Shown one piece after another: positions 1 to 13,599 of a stretch of DNA of 64,000 nt. Position 1 is the stretch's first letter; the number at the start of each line of letters is the position of its first letter. The notes under the pieces are model-generated. The model was not told where the DNA came from. It did not search any database and was given only the letters and a program-made list of their open reading frames with translations. Origin of the DNA: an uncultured Gemmatimonadales bacterium (GTDB taxonomy: Bacteria; Gemmatimonadota; Gemmatimonadetes; Gemmatimonadales; GWC2-71-9); the NCBI GenBank assembly GCA_963695555.1, contig CAVOGR010000004.1, positions 85,952-149,951 of the forward strand, in the 5' to 3' direction. The position numbers and the translations under genes are program-made.

Positions 1-218
1 TGGAGTCGGCCCACACGTTGGAGGCCCGCGACGAACTCGAACACGTCGTCGAGGAGCGCCCCGACTTCCTCGATGCCCAAGCGGCGCTCGGGCTGGCCCG
101 ATTCTTATCCGGCGACGCGGCCGGCGCCACCGATGTGTGGCGGGCATGTCTGGCCCGTCGCCCGGAGAACGTCCGGGTGGAAGCCTACCTCGCCATGGTC
201 GGGCGGGCGGAGGAATGA
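1..218 (+). CDS. C-terminal part of a TPR-like protein, truncated by window start
   Basis: Helical repeat pattern (PDFLDAQAALGLARFLSGDAAGATDVW); its TGA overlaps the next ATG (ATGA 215-218). Confidence 0.65.
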   Translation, partial: ESAHTLEARDELEHVVEERPDFLDAQAALGLARFLSGDAAGATDVWRACLARRPENVRVEAYLAMVGRAEE

Positions 219-1135
219 GGGCCGTTTCCGGACGGGCCTTCGTGATGGGGGCCGTGCTTCTCGTGTCCTGCCGGCTCGCGGGACAAGAGCAAGTCGGCGA
301 CGTTGCGTACCGTGAGGCTCGATTTGCCGAGGCCCTCCAGGCCTACCGGCGGGCCAGCGACCGTACCGACGACCCCGGCATTCAGGCAAAACTCGGCGCG
401 GCGGCCATTCGGGCCGGGGACGTTCGTGAGGCCATCGATGCCTATCGCCAGCTGGCATCTCGCGCACCGATCCGGAAAGAAGAAGCGGTTTACGGCATCG
501 ATTTGGCGGCCCGGATGGCCCTCGAGACCGGCGACGAGGAAGCCGTTCGCGAGGCCGTCATCGCGCTCGAAGCCCTGGCTCCTCGCTGGCCCGTCGGCCG
601 GTATGCGCTCAGTCTGGTCCAGTCCCGCACCCTCCCAGTGGACGAAGAGCTTCGGCTCATTCCCGCCGCCATCGGGGCGGCGGGCGATCGCCCGGCCGCC
701 GACTCCCTGCTTCGGGAGTACGCTCGGGCCCTTCGAACCTCTGCATCCTGCGATTTGGCGATTCAGGCATACCGGTCGCTTCGGCGCCGGACGGAGACGG
801 ACAACCCGTCCTTGGCTCGCGGGGCCGCGACGGAGTACGCCGCCTGCGCCCTGGAGCTGGGTCTGCGGGACGAGCGGGCGACGCCGTGGACGGCTGAGGA
901 GTACTTCCGTGAGGCCATCGCGGTCGATTCCGCCAGCCCTGTCGGTCGCAGGAGCCTGGTGGCCTTCGGTGACGCTCGCATGGCGCAGGGTGACATGTTC
1001 GGCGGGGCGATGGCCTATCAGGCAGCCCTGGATCTCGCCGCCGAACCCGACTCGATCGTCGACTTGGCCACGGAGCGCCTCAACAGTATCGCGGCCGCTC
1101 GCACCGTAGACGATTCCACCGCGGTGATTCCGTGA
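215..1135 (+). CDS. Exported TPR-repeat protein
   Basis: ATG 215 after GGAGG; hydrophobic N-terminus (GAVLLVSC); repeated TPR-like helices; GTGA overlap with bamD. Confidence 0.7.
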   Translation: MRAVSGRAFVMGAVLLVSCRLAGQEQVGDVAYREARFAEALQAYRRASDRTDDPGIQAKLGAAAIRAGDVREAIDAYRQLASRAPIRKEEAVYGIDLAARMALETGDEEAVREAVIALEALAPRWPVGRYALSLVQSRTLPVDEELRLIPAAIGAAGDRPAADSLLREYARALRTSASCDLAIQAYRSLRRRTETDNPSLARGAATEYAACALELGLRDERATPWTAEEYFREAIAVDSASPVGRRSLVAFGDARMAQGDMFGGAMAYQAALDLAAEPDSIVDLATERLNSIAAARTVDDSTAVIP

Positions 1136-1908
1136 AATATCTCGCGCCTCTCGGGATCGCCCTGTGTGGGGTGGCATGCGGGCTGCCGTCGCCGGAGCCG
1201 TTGACGACGCCAATCGTACCGCTCGCGCAAACCGCCTCGCCCAGTGAAGTCGATTCGTTGTGGGATGCCGCCAACGGGAAGTTCCGGCAGGGCAAGTGGA
1301 GTGCCGCCGCGAGCATCCTGGAGCGCCTGGTTCTCGAATTCCCTCCCGGCGATCAGCGGCTTCCGCGGGCGAGACTCCTGCTGGGCAACGCGTACTTGGC
1401 CTCGAAGAGCCACCTCCAAGCCGTGCGCGAATTCCGTAAGCTGTCGGACGAGCGGCCGGGCGATCCGTTGGCCGCCATGGGCCTGTTGCGTGCCGGCGAC
1501 GCGTATGCCGGCCTGTGGCGCCGTCCTGAGCTCGACCCGTCCTACGGGGAAACCGCATTGGCGACCTACCGGGAGCTCCTCAATCGCTATCCCGACTCCG
1601 AGGCGGGGGCGCGGGCGCGGATCAGGATCGCCCAGCTGGAGGAGAAGTTCGCCATCAAGCAGTTCAAGTCGGCCCAGTTCTATTTTCGTCTCAAGGCCTA
1701 CGACTCGGTCATCCTCTACCTGAAGGATCTGGTTGCGAGCTACCCCCGGACCTCGACGGCCCCTGACGCGCTCGCGCTCCTGGTGGACGCGTATCGCAGG
1801 GTGGGATACGAAGAGGATGTGACGGAAACCTGCGGCTATATGCGCCGGTTCCATCCCAATGCGCGGCAGACCGCTGAAACGTGCCCGCTCGATCAGGCGG
1901 ATTCGTGA
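1132..1908 (+). CDS. bamD: Outer membrane protein assembly factor BamD
   Basis: Lipobox GVAC; TPR motifs; YRELLNRYPDS and KQFKSAQFYFRLKAYDSVILY are BamD-like. Confidence 0.88.
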   Translation: MKYLAPLGIALCGVACGLPSPEPLTTPIVPLAQTASPSEVDSLWDAANGKFRQGKWSAAASILERLVLEFPPGDQRLPRARLLLGNAYLASKSHLQAVREFRKLSDERPGDPLAAMGLLRAGDAYAGLWRRPELDPSYGETALATYRELLNRYPDSEAGARARIRIAQLEEKFAIKQFKSAQFYFRLKAYDSVILYLKDLVASYPRTSTAPDALALLVDAYRRVGYEEDVTETCGYMRRFHPNARQTAETCPLDQADS

Positions 1909-2474
1909 CCGTTGGCCTGCTCGGCGGATCGTTCGACCCCATCCACCATGGCCACCTCCTCGTCGCCCAAGCTGCGGTGGAGGTGCTTGGGCTCGATGAG
2001 CTCCGATTCGTGCCCGCGCGCCAGCAACCCTTCAAGGTTGGTCATCACGGGGCGAGCGCCGAAGACCGGCTCCGAATGGTTGAGATGGCCATCGCCGGCG
2101 AACCACGATTCGCGTTGGAGCAGAGCGAAATCGACCGGTCGGGACCATCGTTCACGGTTGACACCCTTCGTACCCTTCGAGACCGGGAACCAGGCCAGGC
2201 GTTCGTGCTGCTGGTTGGGGCCGATGCAGCGGCGGAGTTGCCCACGTGGCACCAGGCAGAAGAGATTCCACGGTTGGCCCGCGTGGTGATGTTCGCCCGG
2301 CCCGCTGGGCCGGACTCCCGAACGGTCGGAGGCTTCGAGGCCGTTCGGGTGCCGCAGGTAGACATTTCGGCGTCGGAGATCCGCCGTCGGGTGCGTGCCG
2401 GCCAATCGATTCGGTATTGGGTACCCGACGCGGTGCGAGACCACATTACCGCCCGCCGGCTGTATTTGGACTAG
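1905..2474 (+). CDS. nadD: Nicotinate-nucleotide adenylyltransferase
   Basis: [11 protein letters not shown] (HxGH), [20 protein letters not shown]. Confidence 0.96.
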   Translation: MTVGLLGGSFDPIHHGHLLVAQAAVEVLGLDELRFVPARQQPFKVGHHGASAEDRLRMVEMAIAGEPRFALEQSEIDRSGPSFTVDTLRTLRDREPGQAFVLLVGADAAAELPTWHQAEEIPRLARVVMFARPAGPDSRTVGGFEAVRVPQVDISASEIRRRVRAGQSIRYWVPDAVRDHITARRLYLD

Positions 2475-2481
2475 GACGCGC

Positions 2482-5652
<3,171 letters not shown>

Positions 5653-5721
5653 CGGCGTAATCCGGCGCCGGTCGGCGCCCGTTTGGGTGGGTGAGCCACC
5701 GCGCCGGCCCCACATTGGCGG

Positions 5722-6405
5722 GTGGCTCCTCCTCTCGCCGACCTCCCCTCCGACGACCGTCCCCGAGAACGACTCTGGGCCCATGGCGCGTCTGCGTTGA
5801 CGGCCACCGAACTTCTTGCCATCCTTGTAGGTACAGGGGCTCGGGGGTCCAGCGCACTCGAGGTGGCCCGGGATCTCCTCCGCCTGGGTGACGGGTCGCT
5901 CCGCCGGCTCGCCGGTCGGGTGCGCTCTGAATGGCTCGCCGTGCCCGGGGTGGGTCCCACCAAAGCGGCGCGCGTGCGGGTCGCTCTGGAGTTGGGGGCA
6001 CGGTATGCTCGCGAAGCGCGCCCTCCCGTTCTCCAGGTTCGGGCGCCGGACGACGTGGCCCAGTTGCTGGCCCCGAGGCTCCGGGACCTCGAGGTCGAGG
6101 AGTTCCATGTCCTGGCGCTGGACAGCCAGAGCCAGATCGTGCGCGACGTTCTCATCACCCGGGGTTTGTTGAACAGTTCGCTCGTGCACCCGCGGGAGGT
6201 CTTCCGGGCGGCGATCGTGGAGGCAGCGGCCGGAATCATCGTGGTGCACAATCATCCGAGCGGAGACCCGACACCCTCACTCGAGGACCAGTCGGTCACC
6301 CGGCAGCTGGTGGCGGCCGGGCGTCTCCTCGATGTCCCGGTCTACGATCACGTCATCATTGCCGGCGACCGGTTCGTGAGTCTTGCCACCATGGGACTAC
6401 TGTGA
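5722..6405 (+). CDS. radC: RadC (JAB/MPN domain) protein
   Basis: RPRERL N-terminus, HhH-like VPGVGPTKA, VHPREVF, HNHPSGDPTPS, DHVII. Confidence 0.95.
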   Translation: MAPPLADLPSDDRPRERLWAHGASALTATELLAILVGTGARGSSALEVARDLLRLGDGSLRRLAGRVRSEWLAVPGVGPTKAARVRVALELGARYAREARPPVLQVRAPDDVAQLLAPRLRDLEVEEFHVLALDSQSQIVRDVLITRGLLNSSLVHPREVFRAAIVEAAAGIIVVHNHPSGDPTPSLEDQSVTRQLVAAGRLLDVPVYDHVIIAGDRFVSLATMGLL

Positions 6406-8564
6406 CGGGAACCCTTACCGACCTGACTCCGGCATTCCAGAGCGTGCTCAAGCGCCACGCCGACCGGCTGGATTTGGATCTCATCCAGCGGGCCTGGGCG
6501 TTCAGCGCGTCCGCCCACCGCGGCCAGAAACGGATGTCAGGCGAGGACTTCATCTCGCACAGTATCGCGGTGGCGATGATCCTGGCCGACCAACACCTCG
6601 ACTCCACCTCGATCGCGGCAGCACTGCTCCATGACGTCGTCGAGGATTCCAACGTCCACCTCGAAGACATCGCCAAGGGGTTCGGCCCAGAGGTCACCGC
6701 GATCGTCGATGGTCTCACCAAGATCTCCCATCTGACGTTCCGGTCGACGACCGAGGAACAAGTCGAAAACTACCGCAAGTTTTTGTTGTCCATCGCCAAG
6801 GATGCGCGGGTCATCATCATCAAGCTCGCCGATCGCCTGCACAACATGCGCACCCTGGAATTCCTGTCCCGCGAGCAACAGGAACGCATCGCCACGGAAA
6901 CACGCGAAATCTACGCCCCGCTGGCGCACCGGTTTGGGATGGCAGGGGTCAAGGCCGAACTCGAAGATCTTGCCTTCAAGTTCTTGGAAACCGAGGACTA
7001 CAACAAACTCAGTGCCCAACTCGCCGAGAGCCAGGCGGAACGGGATGACGCGATCCAGCGTCTGAAGGAGCCCCTCGAGCGGGAACTCGAACGGGCCGGA
7101 ATCGAGGGGTTCGAAATCACCGGCCGGTCGAAGCATCTGTGGTCGATCCACCAAAAGATCACCCGCCGCAACAAGCCGTTGGACGAAATCTACGACCTCA
7201 CGGCGTTGCGGGTGTTGGTCAAGACGGTCCCCGATTGCTATCACGTGCTCGGGATCATCCACCATACCTGGACCCCGATTCAGGAGCGGATCAAGGACTA
7301 CATCGCAAGCCCCAAATCCAACGCCTACCAGTCGCTGCACACCACCATCTTCGGCCCGGGAGGGCAGCTGTTCGAGGTGCAGATCCGGACGGAGGAGATG
7401 CACCGGACGGCGGAATACGGCATCGCCGCCCACTGGGTGTACAAGGAGACAGGCGACCGCGACGAGTTGGACCACGCCCTCGGATGGTTCCGGCAGCTGC
7501 TGGAGCTTCAGCAGGATGCCCAAGGGCCCGAGGAGTTTCTCGAATTCCTCAAGGTCGACCTGTATCAGGACGAGATCTTCGTGTTTACGCCTGAAGGCGA
7601 CGTGAAGCGGCTCCCCAAGGGAGCGACCCCGATCGACTTTGCGTTCCACGTCCACACCGAGGTGGGCCTCCGGTGCCAGGGCGCCAAGATCAACGGGCGG
7701 ATCGCCCCGCTGCACCGCGAGCTCCGCAACGGGGAAACGGTCGAGATCCTCACGTCGCAGAGTGCCCGGCCCAGCCGCGATTGGCTGAGCCACGTGCACA
7801 CTGCCCGCGCTCGGCACAAAATCCGCGCGTGGATCCGGCAGGAGGAGGAGACGGTCAGCCTCGATCTTGGTCGCGAAATCATCGCTCGTGAGCTGCGCCG
7901 CCGACGGCTCTCAGCCCCGAATGCGGACCGGATGGACGAAGCGGCCGAGGGACTCGGCCTCGCCAACGGGAAGCAACTCGAAGTGGCGGTGGGGCGGGGG
8001 GACGTCCCGATCGGCCAATTGATTCGGGCGCTGTTCCCGGATCTGCCGCGCGAGGCGGTCAAGGAACCCAAGCCAACCATGTTCGGCCGGGTGATCGACC
8101 GTATCCGGCTTGGCCGCGGCATCCGAATCCAAGGAGTCGACGGCCTGATGGTGCGCTATGCCCAATGCTGTCAGCCTGTGCCGGGCGATCCGGTCGTCGG
8201 GTACGTGACTCAAGGGCGCGGGATCTCCATCCATCGGGCCGATTGTCCCAACCTGCTCACGCTCTCGACGACCGATCGCCGCGTCGAGATCGACTGGCAG
8301 GAGGTCGAAGGTGAGGCCTTTGCGGTGCGGCTGGCCCTGGCGGGGGAAGACCGGCGTGGCCTCTACGCCGACATCATGCAGGCCATCAGTCAGACGGGCA
8401 CCAACATCCAATCGGCTGACATCCATACCAAGGATGGCACGGTCTTCGGGACCATCTTCGTCGAGGTCGACAACCTGCCCCACCTCGGCAAGGTGCTGAA
8501 GGCCGTGCGGAAGGTGAAAGGGGTCACCGACGTCGAGCGCCGAGAGGCCCCCTCCCCCAACTAG
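6402..8564 (+). CDS. rel: Bifunctional (p)ppGpp synthetase/hydrolase (long RSH)
   Basis: Intact hydrolase LLHDVVED; KLADRLHNMRTL; RIKD motif; YQSLHT; TGS, CC (AQCCQP...HRADC) and ACT domains; GTGA overlap with radC. Confidence 0.96.
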   Translation: MTGTLTDLTPAFQSVLKRHADRLDLDLIQRAWAFSASAHRGQKRMSGEDFISHSIAVAMILADQHLDSTSIAAALLHDVVEDSNVHLEDIAKGFGPEVTAIVDGLTKISHLTFRSTTEEQVENYRKFLLSIAKDARVIIIKLADRLHNMRTLEFLSREQQERIATETREIYAPLAHRFGMAGVKAELEDLAFKFLETEDYNKLSAQLAESQAERDDAIQRLKEPLERELERAGIEGFEITGRSKHLWSIHQKITRRNKPLDEIYDLTALRVLVKTVPDCYHVLGIIHHTWTPIQERIKDYIASPKSNAYQSLHTTIFGPGGQLFEVQIRTEEMHRTAEYGIAAHWVYKETGDRDELDHALGWFRQLLELQQDAQGPEEFLEFLKVDLYQDEIFVFTPEGDVKRLPKGATPIDFAFHVHTEVGLRCQGAKINGRIAPLHRELRNGETVEILTSQSARPSRDWLSHVHTARARHKIRAWIRQEEETVSLDLGREIIARELRRRRLSAPNADRMDEAAEGLGLANGKQLEVAVGRGDVPIGQLIRALFPDLPREAVKEPKPTMFGRVIDRIRLGRGIRIQGVDGLMVRYAQCCQPVPGDPVVGYVTQGRGISIHRADCPNLLTLSTTDRRVEIDWQEVEGEAFAVRLALAGEDRRGLYADIMQAISQTGTNIQSADIHTKDGTVFGTIFVEVDNLPHLGKVLKAVRKVKGVTDVERREAPSPN

Positions 8565-8690
8565 GACCCAGGGTTTCGCCCACCGCGGGGTCCGAGCGCC
8601 CGCTTCCCCTCCAGAGTACTTTCGAGCCAATGCCCGTGCGCGACCAGCCCGACGCCGGGAGACATCGGTACCGCAACCAAGGGACCCCGA

Positions 8691-9098
8691 ATGGCGTATT
8701 GGATTCTCAAGACCGAGCCATCCACCTATGGCTACGCGAACTTGGAGCGAGACGGGACAACCAGATGGGATGGGGTCAAGAACCCGCTGGCACTCAAGCA
8801 CATCCGATCGATGCGCCGTGGTGACGACGTCCTGATCTACCACACCGGCAAGGAAAAGGCCCTCGTCGGCAAGGCGCGGATCAGCACCGATCCGTACCCG
8901 GACCCCGGCGCGGACAACCCGGCGCTCGTGGTCGTGGACCTCGAGGCATCAGGCCCCCTCCGCAAGCCCGTTCCCTTGAGCGCGATCAAGGCGGAGCAAT
9001 CCTTCGCCGACTTGGCCCTCGTCAGAATGGGGCGGCTCTCCGTGGTGCCGGCAACGCCGAGTCAGTGGAAGCGGCTGCTCAAGATGGCGGGCGAGTGA
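8691..9098 (+). CDS. EVE domain protein
   Basis: [28 protein letters not shown]. Confidence 0.92.
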   Translation: MAYWILKTEPSTYGYANLERDGTTRWDGVKNPLALKHIRSMRRGDDVLIYHTGKEKALVGKARISTDPYPDPGADNPALVVVDLEASGPLRKPVPLSAIKAEQSFADLALVRMGRLSVVPATPSQWKRLLKMAGE

Positions 9099-11134
9099 GC
9101 CCTCGCTTCGAGGTCGAGGCCCCGTTCGAGCCGGCCGGCGATCAGCCGAAGGCCATCGAGCAGCTCGTGGCCGGCCTTCAACGAGGTGATCGCTATCAGA
9201 CGCTGTTGGGCGTGACCGGGTCCGGCAAGACCATGACCCTGGCGCACGTCATCGCGGCGATCGGCAGACCGACGCTGGTCATGTCTCACAATAAGACCCT
9301 GGCGGCCCAGCTGTACGGTGAGTTCCGGCAGTTCCTGCCACGCAATGCGGTGGAGTATTTCGTCTCCTACTACGACTACTACCAACCGGAAGCCTACGTC
9401 CCGGCGACCGATGTCTACATCGAAAAGGATGCGTCCATCAACGAAGACATCGACCGGCTCCGGCTCCGGGCCACGTCGAGCTTGATGGAACGGGACGACG
9501 TCGTCATTGTCGCGTCGGTCAGCGCCATCTATGGATTGGGTGATCCCGTCGAGTATCGGAAATCGATGGTCACGGTGGCGCGGGGAGAAGCGCGCGGCCG
9601 CGACGCAATCCTCTCCGACCTCGTCGACATCCACTATCGCCGCAACGACGCCGCCTTCGAGCCGGGGCACTTCCGGGTCCGGGGCGACACGGTGGAGATC
9701 TACCCGGCCTACGAAGAACAGGCCGTGCGAATCGAGCTCTGGGGCGATGACGTCGAACGGATCGCCAAGATCCACCCGATCACCGGGGCCACGATCGCCG
9801 ATCTCGACCGGTGCGCCATCTACCCTGCCACCCACTTCGTGACGCAACGCGAAACCATCGAGCGCGGTGTGGTACGAATCCGTGCGGAACTAAACGACCG
9901 CCTCCATTCGCTCCGCACCGCGGGCAAGCTGCTGGAGGCGCAGCGACTCGAGTCGCGAACCCAGTTCGACATCGAAATGCTGCTCGAGGTGGGGACATGT
10001 GCCGGCGTCGAGAACTACTCGCGACACTTGACTGGCCGGCAGGAGGGGGAACGTCCGGCCTGCCTGCTCGATTACTTTCCGCCCGACTATCTGGTCGTCG
10101 TGGACGAATCGCACGTCTCGCTGCCCCAAATCGGGGGCATGTACAACGGCGACCGGGCGCGCAAGCTCACCCTGGTCGAGTACGGGTTCAGGCTTCCCTC
10201 CGCGCTCGACAACCGGCCGCTCCGTTTCGAGGAGTTCATGGAGCTGGTTCCCCGGATGATTAACGTGTCGGCCACGCCCGGCGAGCAAGAGCACACCCTC
10301 GCGGGTGGCGTCGTGGTCGAACAGATCATCCGGCCTACCGGGTTGCTCGATCCGGAAGTCGAGGTGCGCCCGGTGAAGGGTCAGGTGGACGATCTGTTGC
10401 ATGAGATCCGTGCCCGCACGGCCCGCCGGGAGCGGGTTCTCGTGACCACACTGACCAAGCGCATGGCGGAGGATCTCACGGATTACCTCCAGCAGACCGG
10501 AGTGCGCGTGCGGTACCTCCACTCGGACATCGACGCGATTGAGCGGATGGAGATCCTCCGAGGCCTCCGGTTGGGCGACTTCGATGTGCTGGTCGGCATC
10601 AACTTGCTGCGCGAGGGACTGGATCTGCCGGAAGTATCTCTGGTGGCGATTCTCGATGCCGATCAAGAGGGATTCTTGCGTTCCGACCGGTCGCTGGTTC
10701 AGACGGTCGGCCGCGCCGCGAGGAACGAGCATGGGTCGGCCATCCTCTACGCCGACCGCATGACCGGGTCGATGGAGCGCGCAATCGCGGAAATGGACCG
10801 CCGGCGCCGGATCCAGGCGGCGTACAACGTCGAGCACGGGGTCATCCCGAAGTCCATCATCAAATCCGTCGAACAAGTGCGGCTCTCGACCCGCGTGGCC
10901 GACGCCCGAACGGAACGGAAACCCAAGGCCGAGCCCGAAGTTCCGGCGGACCTGCACGATCCGGCACGACGCAAGGCCGCCATCGTGGCGCTCGAACTTC
11001 AGATGAAAGAGGCCGCCGCCAATCTCGAATTCGAGATGGCCGCGTTGCTGCGGGATCAGATCAACGACCTGAAGGCGGTGGATGCTCCTCAGGTGCGGCG
11101 CGAGCAGCAACCGCGCCACCGGCGGCGCGCATGA
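9095..11134 (+). CDS. uvrB: Excinuclease ABC subunit B
   Basis: [41 protein letters not shown]-terminal UVR motif [11 protein letters not shown]. Confidence 0.99.
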   Translation: MSPRFEVEAPFEPAGDQPKAIEQLVAGLQRGDRYQTLLGVTGSGKTMTLAHVIAAIGRPTLVMSHNKTLAAQLYGEFRQFLPRNAVEYFVSYYDYYQPEAYVPATDVYIEKDASINEDIDRLRLRATSSLMERDDVVIVASVSAIYGLGDPVEYRKSMVTVARGEARGRDAILSDLVDIHYRRNDAAFEPGHFRVRGDTVEIYPAYEEQAVRIELWGDDVERIAKIHPITGATIADLDRCAIYPATHFVTQRETIERGVVRIRAELNDRLHSLRTAGKLLEAQRLESRTQFDIEMLLEVGTCAGVENYSRHLTGRQEGERPACLLDYFPPDYLVVVDESHVSLPQIGGMYNGDRARKLTLVEYGFRLPSALDNRPLRFEEFMELVPRMINVSATPGEQEHTLAGGVVVEQIIRPTGLLDPEVEVRPVKGQVDDLLHEIRARTARRERVLVTTLTKRMAEDLTDYLQQTGVRVRYLHSDIDAIERMEILRGLRLGDFDVLVGINLLREGLDLPEVSLVAILDADQEGFLRSDRSLVQTVGRAARNEHGSAILYADRMTGSMERAIAEMDRRRRIQAAYNVEHGVIPKSIIKSVEQVRLSTRVADARTERKPKAEPEVPADLHDPARRKAAIVALELQMKEAAANLEFEMAALLRDQINDLKAVDAPQVRREQQPRHRRRA

Positions 11135-11541
11135 TCCGGAACCTGACCGAGGCCGAGCTGACGGAGGAAGGTGAGCGCCTGGGACAGAGTCTTCCTCCCG
11201 GGGCCGTGTTGCTGTTCGAAGGCGAACTCGGGGCAGGGAAAACGACGTTCATCAATGCCATCGCCCGTGGGCTCGGAGTAACCAGGCGCGCGACGAGCCC
11301 GACCTACGCCTTGGTGCACCGCTATCATGGGCGGCGCGGTCCGGTCTTTCACGTCGATTGCTATCGGCTCGAGGCTCCCGACGAGGCACGTGACCTCGAT
11401 TGGGAAGGGATGATGCGCGACGGTGACGCCATCCTGGTCGAGTGGCCGGAACGCGCCGGGGACTGGGTGCCTCCGGCAACAGCCCGATTCCGGTTGTACC
11501 ATCGTGCCGACCCGGAGCAGCGCGGCGTGGAGGCGCTCTAA
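11131..11541 (+). CDS. tsaE: tRNA t6A biosynthesis ATPase TsaE
   Basis: [26 protein letters not shown]. Confidence 0.95.
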   Translation: MIRNLTEAELTEEGERLGQSLPPGAVLLFEGELGAGKTTFINAIARGLGVTRRATSPTYALVHRYHGRRGPVFHVDCYRLEAPDEARDLDWEGMMRDGDAILVEWPERAGDWVPPATARFRLYHRADPEQRGVEAL

Positions 11542-12263
11542 TGTGGCTCGCCATCGACTCGGCCTGGGGCATCGGGTCGGTTGCGGTGGGCCGCCCTGGG
11601 GAGGTCCTGGCGCTGGATATCATGCCCAGGCCGCGAGAGCATGCCGCGGCACTCGTCCCGATGATCGAGGCAGTTCTCAATCGGGCCGGAGGAGGGTTGG
11701 CGGACCTGGCCGGCATCGTGATCGGCGACGGCCCGGGCAGCTTCACCGGCCTGCGAATCGGAGCGTCCGTTGCCAAGGCACTGGTCGAGTCGCGTGGCAT
11801 CGAGCTCTGGACCGCTCCCTCGCTCATGGCCAGGGCTTGGGCCGCCCACACAGGCGACGGCCATGAGACCCTCGCCTTTGCCGACGCCCTCCGTGGTGAG
11901 GTGTTTGCCGGCCTCTATCGATTCGAGGCCGATCGCGTGATCACGCTGTACCCCGCGGCCGCACGGCAACCCGGTACCATCACGGATACCTTTCCCGTGC
12001 CCGACATGATGATCGGGGAAGCTCCCAAATCGATCGTCCAGGCGTTTGAGGCATGGGCGGGAAGTCACGTGCTGCCGGTTTCAGAGGGAGGGGCTGCGAC
12101 ACTCCTGGATCTCATGATTCCCGCAGGTGGTGCCCGTCGGATTCCCAACGCCGATGTGTGGGCCTGGGAGCCGGACTACGGCCGACCCGCGGAAGCACAG
12201 GTCAAGTGGGAGCAAGCGCATGGACGTCGATTGGCAGATTCGCCCCGCGCGGATCGAGGATAG
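11541..12263 (+). CDS. tsaB: tRNA t6A biosynthesis protein TsaB
   Basis: WLAIDS start, GPGSFTGLRIG, DALRGEVF; TAATG overlap with tsaE. Confidence 0.95.
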   Translation: MWLAIDSAWGIGSVAVGRPGEVLALDIMPRPREHAAALVPMIEAVLNRAGGGLADLAGIVIGDGPGSFTGLRIGASVAKALVESRGIELWTAPSLMARAWAAHTGDGHETLAFADALRGEVFAGLYRFEADRVITLYPAAARQPGTITDTFPVPDMMIGEAPKSIVQAFEAWAGSHVLPVSEGGAATLLDLMIPAGGARRIPNADVWAWEPDYGRPAEAQVKWEQAHGRRLADSPRADRG

Positions 12264-12693
12264 CGATCAGATCGCGGTCATCGAGGCGGAGAGTTTCACC
12301 GATCCGTGGCCCCGCGACGGCGTGCGAGCGGTACTCGCAAGCGCGGGGGTGACGGGGCTGGTGGCCGAGAAGGATGGTCGTGTGCTGGCCTACTCGATCG
12401 CGCGGGGCGTGGCGGAAGTTGCCGAGATTCTGGATCTGGCCGTGCACCGCGACTGGAGGCGCGCGGGCGTTGCGACCGCGCTCTTGCAACAGCTGCTGGC
12501 GTCATTTGCCGCCGACGGGGTCCGGGAGGTATTCCTCGAGGTGCGGGAATCAAACCGGGCAGCCCAGGCGCTGTACCGGGCGCATGGCTTTCGCGCCGCC
12601 GGCACACGGCCGAGCTATTATCGCAAACCGACCGAGGACGCTATCCTCCTCAGGCTCCGGGTGGCGGGGCGTGCGTCCGAACGGCCGCAGTAG
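12220..12693 (+). CDS. rimI: RimI-family N-acetyltransferase
   Basis: GNAT motifs LAVH..WRRAGVA, FLEVRESN, RPSYY..PTEDA; overlaps the tsaB 3' end. Confidence 0.92.
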   Translation: MDVDWQIRPARIEDSDQIAVIEAESFTDPWPRDGVRAVLASAGVTGLVAEKDGRVLAYSIARGVAEVAEILDLAVHRDWRRAGVATALLQQLLASFAADGVREVFLEVRESNRAAQALYRAHGFRAAGTRPSYYRKPTEDAILLRLRVAGRASERPQ

Positions 12694-12781
12694 CGTATAT
12701 TCGATGCTAGCGAATGCGAGGCGCCCCGGTACGTTCTCCGGGTCGGTTCCCAATCCTTGCTAATCAGCCCTGGAGGTCATC

Positions 12782-13243
12782 GTGAGCCGGAGTCTCAACA
12801 AAGCAACCCTCATCGGCAACCTCGGCGCGGATCCGGAGGTGCGGAGCACATCCAACGGGTCGCGGGTCGCCACCATCTCCCTCGCCACCAGCCGCCAATG
12901 GACCAACAAGGCCGGCGAGCGGCAGGAGAAGACCGAATGGCATCGGGTGGTGCTGTGGAACAACCGTGGGTCGAGTTTGGCCGACATCGTGGAGAAGTAC
13001 GTGAAGAAGGGGGACAAGGTCTACGTGGAAGGCAGTATCGAGTACCGCACCTGGCAGGATCGGGAGGGGCAGACCCGGTACACCACCGAGATCAACGCCC
13101 GCGAACTCATCATGCTCTCCGGGCGGAGCTCCGACCAGGGCGAGGCGGTAGCCTCGTCGGTTGGAGCGGGGTCACCGCCCAAGGAGTCGTTCGATGACTT
13201 TCCGGCGGCCCTCGACGGGGACGATGACGACCTCCCCTTCTAA
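12782..13243 (+). CDS. ssb: Single-stranded DNA-binding protein
   Basis: NKATLIGNLGADPE, TEWHRVV, KGDKVYVEG, acidic tail DDDDLPF; GGAGG RBS. Confidence 0.98.
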   Translation: MSRSLNKATLIGNLGADPEVRSTSNGSRVATISLATSRQWTNKAGERQEKTEWHRVVLWNNRGSSLADIVEKYVKKGDKVYVEGSIEYRTWQDREGQTRYTTEINARELIMLSGRSSDQGEAVASSVGAGSPPKESFDDFPAALDGDDDDLPF

Positions 13244-13599
13244 ACGCTTCATTCTGCGCCCCCTGCTGCGTTTCGCAAAGCCGGAAACCAGCCGGGTCCT
13301 GGGGCTCCTCCGCGCACCCTTCTCCGGGGATGGCAGGCTCGAAATCGCCTGTTCTCCCCGGGGTTCGGTGGGAGCCACCCCCCCCCGCAGGGCGGGAATT
13401 GATCTTGCATGACCCCATCCCCAGCAGGAGCACCCGGGGCAAACATAGGGTCCACCGGGGAATCTGCTTGGTATAAGTGATTATTTTTCATTATGTTAGC
13501 GCCCAAGCTCGCTCGCAAGACTTGGGCTGCGTCGGTGACGGCTGAATCTCATAAGCTGTTGTATTACAAAGAATTGACCCCAACTCCACGGATCGCGCT

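Noticed and set aside
5722..6405. radC as a marker of a mobile element
   Set aside because: It is the full-length chromosomal form among core genes, with no integrase, transposase or att-like repeats seen.
13270..13300. CGCAAAGCC...CAGCCGGG resembling part of a c-di-GMP-I riboswitch
   Set aside because: The upstream GGCAAACC/GAAA tetraloop stem is missing and the spacing is too short.
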